A stretch of DNA of 64,000 nucleotides from Callorhinchus milii. Lineage: Eukaryota. The translations under genes and the position numbers were made by a program. The notes beneath the pieces are model-generated. The model saw only the letters and a list, made by a program, of their open reading frames with translations. It had not been told where the DNA came from and did no database searches. This document shows, in pieces, positions 38,591 to 49,405 of the stretch. The DNA lies in the NCBI RefSeq assembly GCF_018977255.1, contig NW_024704743.1, forward strand, positions 76,696,001 through 76,760,000. Reading direction: 5' to 3'. Numbering within the stretch: the stretch's first letter is position 1; each line of letters begins with the position of its first letter.

Positions 38591-38824
38591 GACTACTGCC
38601 CTTCAGTCACTCAATGCATGTCACTTTTGGATCCTTTGGTTTCTCTTAAGGGTGACAACTCACCTTCAAGAGTGAAGGGGACAAGCAGAGAGACACTATA
38701 AGTAAAAAAACGATCAGAAAAAGGGCCAGAAATGCTCTTCACGTCCAATTCCAAAACAATCTCGCCATTCCACCTCCCACCCTAATCTTGTATCTGCACT
38801 TCTCTCCTTCTCAAGATCCGAAGG

Positions 38825-39360
38825 CTACAAATACAAAAATCACAAAAGCAGGGAAGTCGTGTTTGATTTGCATAGGATTTGATTAGGCCACAGCTGGAGC
38901 ATTGCGTTGTGGTTTGGGGTGCCCAATTATAAAAAGATTGCCTTAGAAATGGAGAAGGTGTAATGCAGATTCACTAGAATGATATTGGTTAATGTCAATT
39001 TATGCATGAAGAGAGGTTGGCCAATAGAGTACTTAAAATTCTGAAGTAACAAGGTAAATATCAGAAAATCTTCCTTTGGATTAGTGACAAGCAGTGTAGT
39101 CTCAGTGTTGCTAATGAAAGAATCACGAGGGATTAGGAGGAATTTCGCCACTCCTACGGTTTTAAGGTGTGGAATTCATCACCACATGTGATTATTAAGG
39201 CTGAATAAATAGCATCATTCAAAAGGGAACTCGATAAGCGCCTGAGAAGAAAAAGCTTTAAGAGATATGGGGGAAAGAGCTAAAAGTGAGATTATAAAAG
39301 GGAGTTAAAAAGAGGTAATCAGTGGCACACACCTGATGCATTGAATGTCGTCCTGTGTTT
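38825..39360 (+). mobile_element. CR1 LINE 3' fragment, degenerate
   Basis: gattaggccacagctggagcattgcgt...gccttagaaatg...gcagattcactagaatgat (RPQLE.C...W.P...RFTRMI). Confidence 0.8.
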
Positions 39361-39619
39361 AAAATATCAATGTTCCTGTATTTTTATCCCACTGCCCAGA
39401 CAAGCATTATAATTCACCAAAAAACAGATTAACTGGTGATTATTGTTTTCAGAATTCACTGTTACATTTGCCCACATACTGACAATCGCTAAATTTCAAA
39501 GATTGTTCAAAGCACTTTGAGACATTTCAAAGTGAGAAGCTCTATGTTAAACCCAAGTATTAATATCATTATCAAAAAAGCATAAATTCTTACCATACTT
39601 CATAATGTGTTATTTTCAC

Positions 39620-40050
39620 CAACTCTATGGTAAGCGTGACTGCTGTTTGGGGTTAGGCACATACCTGATGACCAGATTATAATTCCCTTTCCCCCCAAAA
39701 GTCTTGGGGCCTGGCCTGCATGCTTAGCACTATCAGTGAGGCTCTGTGTTGCCTATTCCGCACTGCAATCTGACTTGCAGATCACTTAAAGGGCAGACCA
39801 ATCACTAAGGCAGAGTCTCATCCCACTCAGTTCCCGTCAACTTTGCAAGCCAAAGCCCTAACGGGTAGGGTGCTCCTAGCTGGACAAGCAGTGGGAAAGC
39901 TTGCCAGACAGCAATATCAATGGCAAGCTATGCAGTTTTAGCTGGTTAGACTCCAGCAATACCCCAACGCACACTCTGGGGTCCCCAAGTCTTGGTTCTT
40001 GCCAAACTGCACCTAATACTTACCATAATTAGGTAAGCAAGATGTGGCCC
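39620..40050 (+). repeat. Unnamed interspersed repeat X, copy 2, MITE-like with decayed terminal inverted repeats
   Basis: Right half matches 23850-24060; 39626-39650 is an imperfect inverted copy of 40002-40027. Confidence 0.65.
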
Positions 40051-41647
40051 TAAGTCACCGTTTGGACTTAGAGTTTGGACAGTGTGAAAAGGAAATTATA
40101 ATCTAGTTCCTTCTAAATCAGGGGCAGAGACTCGAACCTGGTTCATTCTATTATTACTCTTGGAAGAGTGTACACATCTATGGTCTGGTTTAGAGTTCAC
40201 ATCAGAAAATAAATCCTTAATTACTTTTTTATGTTAAGAATTGTTGCAAGGATTCTTTCAAATAGCATTTGGTTTTAGTGCTATCATCTAGTGTGCGTCA
40301 GAGCGAGCAGTCACTGGTTTATTCCATAACGTTCTGTGACTTTTGGCATTCCTCAGAGGAAACCTCCAGCCTTATTACCTGTGTAAATGAGTAGATGAAA
40401 CTGTAAAACAATTCCAAAGATGTTACAGTGCCTCTAATTGCTTTTGATATGTGGCTTTTAATTACTACCTCTGCCCCTCTGAGAAAGCTGCCCTTTATGA
40501 TTTGAGGAGTGATGGTGTAATTCAATCGTCGGGGTTGCTGTGTCTGTGGCAGATTTGCATCTTAAAGCCCACATGTCGCCTGGGTTCTTGCTGGAAGCAA
40601 GAAAGGAGACGACAGTAAAGTTTGAAAGATGTCAGATCCTGACTGCTTTACAGCAGTGTTTAGGAATTCTTGACATAGTGGCGGCAGATTGAGGTTGCCA
40701 TGACTTCAGTAATAAAACCTTATTTCAACCTTCTCCGATCTACATATAAATGGCATTTTTATGAAGAGCTGTGCCTTTAGTGCCTTTATACTCAGTAAGG
40801 CATCCACTGTCTTTAAATTACAATGAGCCGGATTGGAAGAGCCTTCATGAAGTTATATAACTTGGGATATCCTATGCAGAAATGCCTCACAGGGAATAAA
40901 TGAGCCTTGCCTGCAGTCTGCTGATCTGTCATTAATAATTGCTAAAACAATTCTCGCATTAGTATAGCATCTATAATATTTGTACGTTTCAAAGCACTTC
41001 ACAAAGTTTCGGTAAAGTGAAGTGACTGTATTTGTAGGTGAACGGGTACATTGCTGTTAACATAAAAGGTGCTGCACTTTTGGCAGAGCTATGGCACCAG
41101 GCAGCAGCTGGTTCATTATTACCTGGATATTCTTGAAAACAGCTTCTTATTCATGAAAGTGGTTAATGTAATTAGGCAGTCCAGGTTTCTGCAGTTTCTT
41201 TGAATGGACTAACTTGTTGGAATGTGGCTCTTTGTATAATCAATCAAAATATGTGCACCTGTAATGCAGGTTTGGAGGAAAGGCTGATAGAATTCTGAGG
41301 GTTTGCACTACCCTTATTTTATACTGTCCATTAGAATTTTAAACTGCGTGATTTCTGTTTTTAGCCCAGAATTGAAAACTGAAGGAGCAGGTGCTTTGTT
41401 AGCATAACAGTGAGCACAATAAGGAACTGTACAGAACTGCTGAGGAATGGTTGGAAGAACCACATTTGGAAGCACTCTGATGGATTCTTTTTTAATCCAA
41501 GTCTCAAACACATTTATTCAATAAACTTGTATTTTAACCAAGCTAAACTTTACACAACATATGTTCTAAGTAATAATGGAAAATTGAAATTTGATTTGGG
41601 AAAAGTTAAACTGTGCATTTTAATTGTTTCCTTAAAGCTTTCTAACT

Positions 41648-42030
41648 GGGGCTCACCTGATGCCTAGTGGCTAAAGACACTATGCAGTGCAGCACTAAGG
41701 TATACACATCAAAAGGTCATAGGGTAAATTCTCAGGCTGTGTTGATTTAACTGATCAGAGTTGGTGCAGACGCTGGGACATTACAGTTGGCATCAATGTC
41801 CCTGGACTAGGGAGGGGAACATCAGTCAGGGTTCCAATTTTTGATTGCTAACCAGGGAAAGTGTATGTGTGCATGTGTATGGGTGGGGGGGTGGCAGTAT
41901 TGGGCTAAGCCTTGATAACCCCCACCCATCCACGTCCTTCAGTCTTAATTTGGAAACCAGTTGCTTTTAAGAATTTCAGTAAACTGGTTCCTAGTCCGAA
42001 AGTGTGCTGACATTCACTATCTAAGCTCAA
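41648..42030 (+). mobile_element. Old SINE family C, longest copy
   Basis: tRNA-like head (tgcctagtggctaaag), then ttacagttggcatcaatgtccctggactagggagggg..atcagtcagggttcc; matches 57099-57225. Confidence 0.65.
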
Positions 42031-42038
42031 TTGACACG

Positions 42039-42406
42039 ATAATCATAATTCTTCCATTTGTTGCAGCACCTTATCACATTGTTGAAACATCTCAAAACAC
42101 TTCACAGAATATACCATAAAATGAATTAAATCTATTTTTTAGGCAGTACGCAGCAGCCAATTGCACACAGCAGTGTCAAACAAATGATCTGCCAATCGAC
42201 TAACAACCAGGTTCCTACTTATTGCTGGGTAAACAGAGAAGTGTGGTGTAATGAAACATGCCCAAGGCTTTGCCTGCCCAGGAATTGAACCCGGTCCTCT
42301 TGCTTTCCTTTCACGTCGGGGGGAACGTACTCCCGACATGAAAGGTGCTTTACAAATGTAATTGTGTTGTTGTTGTTGAATACTTTACCAATACGCTACA
42401 GGACTC
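42039..42406 (-). mobile_element. SINE family A, interrupted in the anticodon loop by an L2 tail (42307-42377)
   Basis: Head sequence resumes after the insert (gaatactttaccaatacgctacaggactc). Confidence 0.9.
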
Positions 42407-44299
42407 TGCTTTTCTGAGAAATTCAGCGTAAACAAAATTATATGGAAATAAATATGCAATGGAATTCAACCTGGTCTCTCCACCTGGAGCGTAATTCTAG
42501 CTAAAATAATCCAACCAGTCAGACACATTTTACTCATTAATTTCTTACAAAATAACAATTTCCAGATCTTTATGGACTATATTCTTCATCTGCCTTTTGC
42601 TTCCTTTCCTTCTACATTCTGTTGAATACAATGACAAGTGAACTGGCTCTGTTTAACTGCAGGGCAATGATCAGATGGATCAAGTTAATAATTGCCCATA
42701 TCAAGCTACTTTGAAACTTTTGGATACACTATCCCACTGTTATTGGAACATACCTGGTGCATTTAAATTGTGTACTAATTGGCTGGTCGCTTTGCTGAAC
42801 TTACCTGGATGTCAGTTGCAGGAAATCTCTGATATTCCAAACAGGTGAAGGTAATGCAAAATGCTTTGAGCTGTTCTTGTACTGTGATCTGTTTATCGTT
42901 AAACCTGAAACCTATGTTGTACCTTAAATATATCCTTGCATTGATGTAGTCCGGCAGAGCATTATGAACATAATCTAGGCCAAATCCCAAGAACTGATAC
43001 ACAATTAACGTACTCAGATAATGGGGTGAAAATGATGCCAATTCTTAACAGGCATCATTAATAATTAATAATGTCTCCCGAGTCCCAAATAACAGCCTCC
43101 AGTAACCAGAAGTGAGTCGTGCTGACCCAAGGGAACTTTCCTCCAGACGTAGATTGCGTGGAGCTTAGTCCCCACAGGTCAGTGTGGCGTACATACTTTT
43201 GGTTCCTGGAAGGAGTCATGATTGGACTCAGAGTCATTATGAATGACTCCTGTTAAGAATTGCCACCACATAATGGGACACAATGAAAACAAATGCAAGA
43301 CATGCACTCCAGGACCCCAGTAAAAGATAGCCGGAAACTTGAATCCTACTGTAATCATTCCTTAGGATCTTCAGGAATTTTATTTAGCAGAACAAGTCAA
43401 GAAAATTAACTTATTTAAAGTCATCCTTATCAATTAAATTTTTTATGGTAAAATGTAGTATTTGACCGGTTATTTTACTTTTGTATAATTTTCAAACCAG
43501 AGCATTTGCTAAAATAGCAATTCAAAGGGAACTTTAATCTGTTTTACTGTTTTCTGGGTTTTACAGGAGGTTTTGTGCAGTTCATGCTGTAATATTTTAC
43601 CACAAAATAGCAGTCTTTGTAAAATAATTTATAAGCACAGCCTTCAAAATGCAAAACCTTACATGACTGTAAATAAGCAATATTAATCCAAGTGCCCACA
43701 ACAAACAATGGTGTGCTATGCGCAGTTAGTCAATATAACCAGGGTTTTTTGCTGCAACTGCAAGTTCATACACAAAAAAACATACGTTGCTTATGCGGAC
43801 ATGTGAGTTGTCACATTGTACAGTATTAAATGATGTTCGCGTTCATTTTTTCCACTTTTGTTTCCAGCATTGTGTTCCACTGGTTCTTTCCAACTGTGAT
43901 GTATTTTGATATTCGTATACAATATGTTTTATGTATGCTGAGCTAAAATCCAGTCTGCAACATGAACAGCTGCTTGTTTCTGGGATTTGAAAGACTACTT
44001 CAAATACATATGCCAGGAAAACCCCTCAGAGAATTATCACTTTGTAAGCAAATGATTTAGAAATGCAGCGTGTTTGAGCTGCGCTTTGTATCACTAAAGC
44101 TGTGTGGTTTGGAAGGATAAGTCATAAGTTCATTCTCCAATCTGCCGAGTTCCTGAGCTATGCTATGGGAATGCAGTGGGCAGAGGCTGCACTTTACCTT
44201 ATAGGAAAAGGTAAGGAAGGTTGAACAGGAAAATTGAATCCAAGATGTGAATGAGAGCAGCATCACTGCACTGTGAAGTTCATAGCAACAGAGATTAAT

Positions 44300-44400
44300 A
44301 AATACACAGCCACGCCATTTTACAGAAAACTCAATGAAGCGCTTTGAGACATACTCAATGTGACAAGGTGCCTTATCAAATACAAGAATTATTTTATTAT
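44300..44400 (+). mobile_element. SINE 3' fragment, tail-to-tail with next copy
   Basis: aagcgctttgagac...aaggtgccttatcaaatacaagaattatt. Confidence 0.8.
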
Positions 44401-44409
44401 CAAGAATAC

Positions 44410-44740
44410 ATAACAATAATCTTTGTATTTGATATAGCGATTGATCACGTTGTTGAGACGTCTCAAAGTGCTTCATAGAATATATTGTAAAGTGACTTGA
44501 CTGTGTATTTTGTGGGCAAAACGTGGCAGGTAAGCGCACTGCAGTGTCCCACAACCGTCGGGGATTGATTGACCACATTTTTTTTGCAAGGATTATTACC
44601 CCAGAAAGTAATCTGCTAATCGACTAAGAACCGGGTTCCTCCTTACTACTAAGTAAACAAAGGCATGTGGAGTAAGGAAACTTGCCTGAGGTTTAACCAC
44701 ATCCGGGAATCAAACCCAGGTCCTCTCGCTTGTGAGGCAA
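44410..44740 (-). mobile_element. SINE family A lacking first ~30 nt
   Basis: Reverse-complement match to 14339-14720. Confidence 0.92.
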
Positions 44741-45194
44741 AATAGTTAAAAACATGGAAAAACATTACAACTTAATCCTTGAACTCTGCAGAATTGCTAT
44801 GAGCGCTGGGGCAGACAACTAATTTATTAATTGAAAGCACATGGTTGGTGCTTTTGATGTGACTGTGTCAATTGTACAAGGATGGGTTTTCATTGAAAAC
44901 TACCTGTGGAGATTCTTGAGGCAATAAAAATATGTTCTGAAAAATAAATCACTCCCACCTCCAAAGTGGCAGGAGAGTGGGCAGAGAAACTGGGAGATAG
45001 GAGAAGATAAGATGTAAAAGCTTTCCTTTTTTTTAAAAAAGTTACACAGCAGATCATAGTTAGAAAACTGTGATGGTGAAAAGGTGGGATATAGAGAAAT
45101 ACAAGGAAAAACGGTGTGAGAAGATTTTTTTCTTGTGGTCAAAATTCTAACCTAGTCCCATGAGAAACATACTAATCCTTGCATTTGATATATC

Positions 45195-45412
45195 GAAAAG
45201 AGAGGGGAGTTTCTCCCAGTGTCCTAGCCAACGATACCCCAGATATATTTGGTCATTCACCTCACAGCTGTTTGTGGGACATTACAGTGCACAAATTGGC
45301 TGCCACGTTCACTTAACAAAATACGTGGTCACTAAACTTCACAGTAAATCCAGTGAAGCACTTTGAGAAGCCATTGAGATTAGAAAGGCACTACATCAAT
45401 TGCAATAATTAT
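45195..45412 (+). mobile_element. DeuSINE (family B) 3' half
   Basis: gagaggggagtttctcccagtgtcctagcc...gctgtttgtgggacatt. Confidence 0.8.
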
Positions 45413-45583
45413 TACTATTTCTTAATGGGATTCCTTAATAAGGAGTTAAGTTAAGATTCGCTTTGGCTCATGGACTGTCCGCTTAAACGTATATTGCGCC
45501 GAAATGACGTTCGCCTGGTGACTTCCCCATTTGAGAGACTCAGGTTTCTTATTAAGGAATCCTATTAAGAAATACTGACAATT
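45407..45583. mobile_element. MITE-like element with ~29-38 bp terminal inverted repeats
   Basis: 45416-45444 tatttcttaatgggattccttaataagga vs 45546-45574 ttcttattaaggaatcctattaagaaata (27/29 complementary). Confidence 0.75.
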
Positions 45584-47194
45584 AATTCACTTTACTGAAG
45601 CAAAAGGATAGGACAAGCCTAACCACATGAAATGATACCTGTTTTTATTGTAGTAGAATTGAATTTTTGTTTGTGCCTTCAAGCACACACATGTCCAAAT
45701 ACATCTAAAAACCGTAAGGTTGTCTCGGATGAGCGTTATTAATCCATGAAAGACAATTCCCCTTTTAACAGAACTGGATGAAGACACTTTTTTTGTAACC
45801 CAAAACCATTGAAGTTCAAAACTGCCTGACTGGTTAATCTATCGAATGAAAAGTTTCAGAGCACAGCAAAAGGGGAGGGGGTGGGAGGTGAGGGGGATTC
45901 ACAGTACATCACAGTAAGACTATAGTGATGACTTCATCCAGGCTAATCAGCGCTAACATTTCCGTATTATTGCAGCCACCAGGATTTAAGTTCAAACGTT
46001 CAGCAGGAGCCATGAAACAATGCAGCAGCTTGAAATGGTATCGCTGTGGAATAACGGGCTGCGGCTGGAGCAGCATTGCTCGGCTACAGCATCAAATTGT
46101 GTGTAATATTTTCCATATGTAACAACAAAAACAGACTTAGACCAAGAGATGAAACCACAAAGGCTCGTCGTCTTTCACGTTTCTGCCGCAGTTCCAAAAA
46201 ATAATCCTCTGTGTTTTTCCAGGATAAAATGTCGCCACAGTTCCCTTGAAAATCATTGCAGGTATCCACTCTTTCAACATTTAAAAAAAAGCATTCAGAC
46301 CAGCCAAATCAGGCATGAATAAGCCTACAGTATAACCTAATGGTTTAACCCTTTGCCCTTGCTGTAAAAATGCTTTCATTCAAGAAAATCTGTTTCCCTC
46401 CCCTATAATTTATTTATTATTTAAGGGAAAAGTATGGTGCGGTCTTAATCAAATGATAATCAAACGTGTCACGAAAAGAATTGAGACAAGCAGACGAGTG
46501 TCCAAGAGAGTCAAATAAGACAAATTCTTGGGTTGGCTGTATCTGGAAATCTGTATCTGAATAGAATCTTGAGGGTATAATACGGAAAGCTTTTGAGTTG
46601 TTCACATAAACTCCTTTAATATGAAAATGTCGTACATCAAATAGCATAGGATGGAGTGACTGCCAAATTCCACTCACTGGCTTGCCTGGGGCAAGTTCCT
46701 TTTCCTGCGTTCAGGAGCTGAAAGCAAATAGACTCTTGCTGGCTTTGTGATTAATAGTGTGTTTCTCCCTCCATCCTCTCGACTGCACTCCATCTCTTCT
46801 CCTTTTCCTTCCCAACTTCCAGTGGCTGCTGACTATTTTAGATATATTAAAAATAAAGAATTGCTTTCATAGAGTGTAAGCCACAATCCTTGGCAAGTGA
46901 AACAGTCCTAAAGGCAAATAATACAGGAATAAAAAAAGTTTCTGCTTGCCAAACAGCAAGTAACTTTCAACAGGAAAAGTTCCAGCATTGAAGTTAGGAA
47001 ATTCAATAAATTTCCATGTAATATATTTAATAATCAGTTTTCTCTGTGATGCCAATAGAATGTGATGTCCCAGTAAGAAAATGCACTGTGCACTGTTATT
47101 GAGTTGCATAGACCTTATTTTTTTGCTGGATTGTCCTGAGTTAGGTGATCACACTCGAGCAGCTGTGGGACTTTACATAATAATCTTAACAGCA

Positions 47195-47830
47195 CCGCCT
47201 TTTTCCACCTCCGTCGCATCGCCCGTCTCCGCCAACACCTCTCCCCAAAAGCCGCTGAAACTCTGGTCCATGCCTTTGTCAGCTCTCAGCTGAACTACTC
47301 CAACGCCCTCCTCCCCAGTCTCGCATCCACTGCCATCCATAAAATCCAACCCATTCAGAACTCTGCCACCCGCATTCTCACCCGCACGAAACTCCACTCC
47401 CCGATCACCTTGCCAGACTGCCTATCCCAGAGAGGATCGACTTCAAGATCCTCACCCTCGTATTCAAGTCCCTGCACTCCTCTGCACCCCCCTACCTCTT
47501 TGACCTCTCTCCTCAAAACAGCACCTGTTGCCTTCGTTCCTCCGGGTCCGGTCTCCTCCTTGTCTACTGAGTCTTCCGCTCCACCCTCGGAGGCCGTGCC
47601 TTCAGCCACTATGCCCCGAGGCTCTGGAACTGCCTTCCTCACTCCCTTCGTCTCGCTCCCTCCCTTCCCATTTTCAGGTCTCTGCTGAAGACCTTTCTTT
47701 TCAACCGCGCCTTTGGTCACCTTCCCCCCCCTTCCCCCTGGCTCGATCCCGGGATCCGAAACTGTAAAGCGCTCTGAGGCGCTGTCCGGCGTGGAGTGTG
47801 CTATATAAATCCAAGTTGTTCTTGTTGTTG
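47195..47830 (+). mobile_element. L2 3' fragment (young subfamily)
   Basis: AETLVHAFV...IQNSA.RILT...RIDFKILTL; (GTT)n tail; close to 21925-22560 reversed. Confidence 0.95.
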
Positions 47831-48207
47831 GAATCCTTGTATTTGATAGAGCATCTTATCAAGATATCTCAAAACACTTCACTGTATATTCTTAAAGTGG
47901 TTTGACTGTGTATATTTTGTCGACGAATATGGCAGACAATTTGTGCACAGCAATGTCCCACAAACAGCCATTGAATGAGTGACCAATTTTTTGGGGGGGA
48001 CTGTTGCCCAGGACACCAGGGGAAACCCCCTTCTCTTTTTGAACAGTACATTGGGATATTTAAAGTCCACCTGGACAGGCAGATGGGACCTTGATTTAAT
48101 ATTTCAGCCAAAGGCAACATCTCCAGCACTGCAATGGAGGGTCTGCATAGACCATATGAATTTCATGTTCCAATATGGGGCGTGAACCCACAACCTTCTA
48201 ACTCGGG
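47831..48207 (-). mobile_element. DeuSINE (family B), truncated at the anticodon region
   Basis: Tail through Deu domain to gaacccacaaccttctaactc. Confidence 0.85.
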
Positions 48208-48209
48208 GG

Positions 48210-48376
48210 TATTGGGTAAAGACAGGATTAGGTTGGGTCTCTCAAGGTTAAATAGCATGTCAATGGTCACAGAAGAGGAATCAGCATTTGGGTGAGTCAC
48301 TGGTAGACTGCTGGCAGCTATGGAATTGTACCTTTGCATGATTTGGTGCTTTCAGAAAAATGGGGAAGAAAATGGG
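48210..48376 (+). mobile_element. Old SINE family C 3' fragment
   Basis: Aligns to 34290-34445. Confidence 0.55.
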
Positions 48377-49117
48377 ATTACAGTACAGTCCTAGATGATC
48401 AAATACTTTATAGAACATAATGTGCTGCTGTGACCATGAGATTGTTGTGTGTGAGTACAGCTGGTTAGCATTGAATAATGGCAGGTTAAAATCCTGACAC
48501 TTAACTCAGTTATCTCCAGGGTTAGAAGGAAGTCTGGTTTGTCCACGGACGTTTTACTTGGAGTTATGTAACTCTCTCAAGAGAGTCTATTACAGTTCAC
48601 ACTATGTATAGCATGTAGAAGCAGGCAAAATGGGATCAATAGCCTTTTCTCATTTACTTTCCTGCTTGTGACTACAAGCAGCTTTCATTGAATTTTCCTG
48701 CAGAATTCATTTAGATACATTTTAAGTACATTTAGTCTGAAGTCTAAAATTTCAAATTAGACTGCCTCTTTTATTGCAGTGTTTAGTCACTTTTTCTTTT
48801 TGGCTGTTTATCAACAAGTTCAGTAACTTCCTTTGATAATTACACTTACATTTAGTAGCAATATCTTCCAACATTCATGACAAAGTGATTGCCTTTACAA
48901 GTTTCTCATCTTGGATTTTCAAACGTAACAGGGCAAAGGATGTTTGTTTTATAGCAGTAATGACAGAAATACAAGGGTGGTGGAAGTTAGCTAACCAGAG
49001 ATTAGCATATTGAAAAAGATAAGAACATAAATAAGCAAGGAACATCAAAGGCCAGCAAGCCTGGAAAATGTAGACTGCATCCACCTACTCTAACTCACAA
49101 TGCCGTAAGAGAAGCTG

Positions 49118-49405
49118 AATAATAATCCTTGCATTTGATAACAGCGCTTTTACGTCAAGAGGCCATCTCAAAGTTCTTCACAGGAATTACTATAAAGTGC
49201 AGTGACTAAGTATTTTGGAAACAAACACAGCAGCCAATTACTGCACACCAATGTTCCACAAATAGCCATGACCAATTTTATCTTGGTAATTGTTGGCCAA
49301 AACACCAGGATAAACCTCTGTTTCTGCAATGGCATCTTTAATATCCACTTGAACAGGCAGATGTGACCTTGGTTTAACATCTCATTCAAAGGACTCCTGA
49401 TAATA
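49118..49405 (-). mobile_element. DeuSINE (family B)
   Basis: Tail plus ttggccaaaacaccagg...atccacttgaacaggcaga...ggtttaacatctcattcaaagga. Confidence 0.85.

Noticed and set aside
42805..42904. Candidate 100-nt minus-strand exon with perfect CAG|GTAAGT donor
   Set aside because: Weak acceptor, unrecognised translation and no partner exons; one perfect donor per window is expected by chance
44057..44578. 173-aa ORF (also the 201-aa ORF at 56219-56824)
   Set aside because: Runs through SINE/L2 sequence; no recognisable protein motif
46068..46090. miR-103/107-like agcagcattg
   Set aside because: Only 10 nt match and no complementary arm
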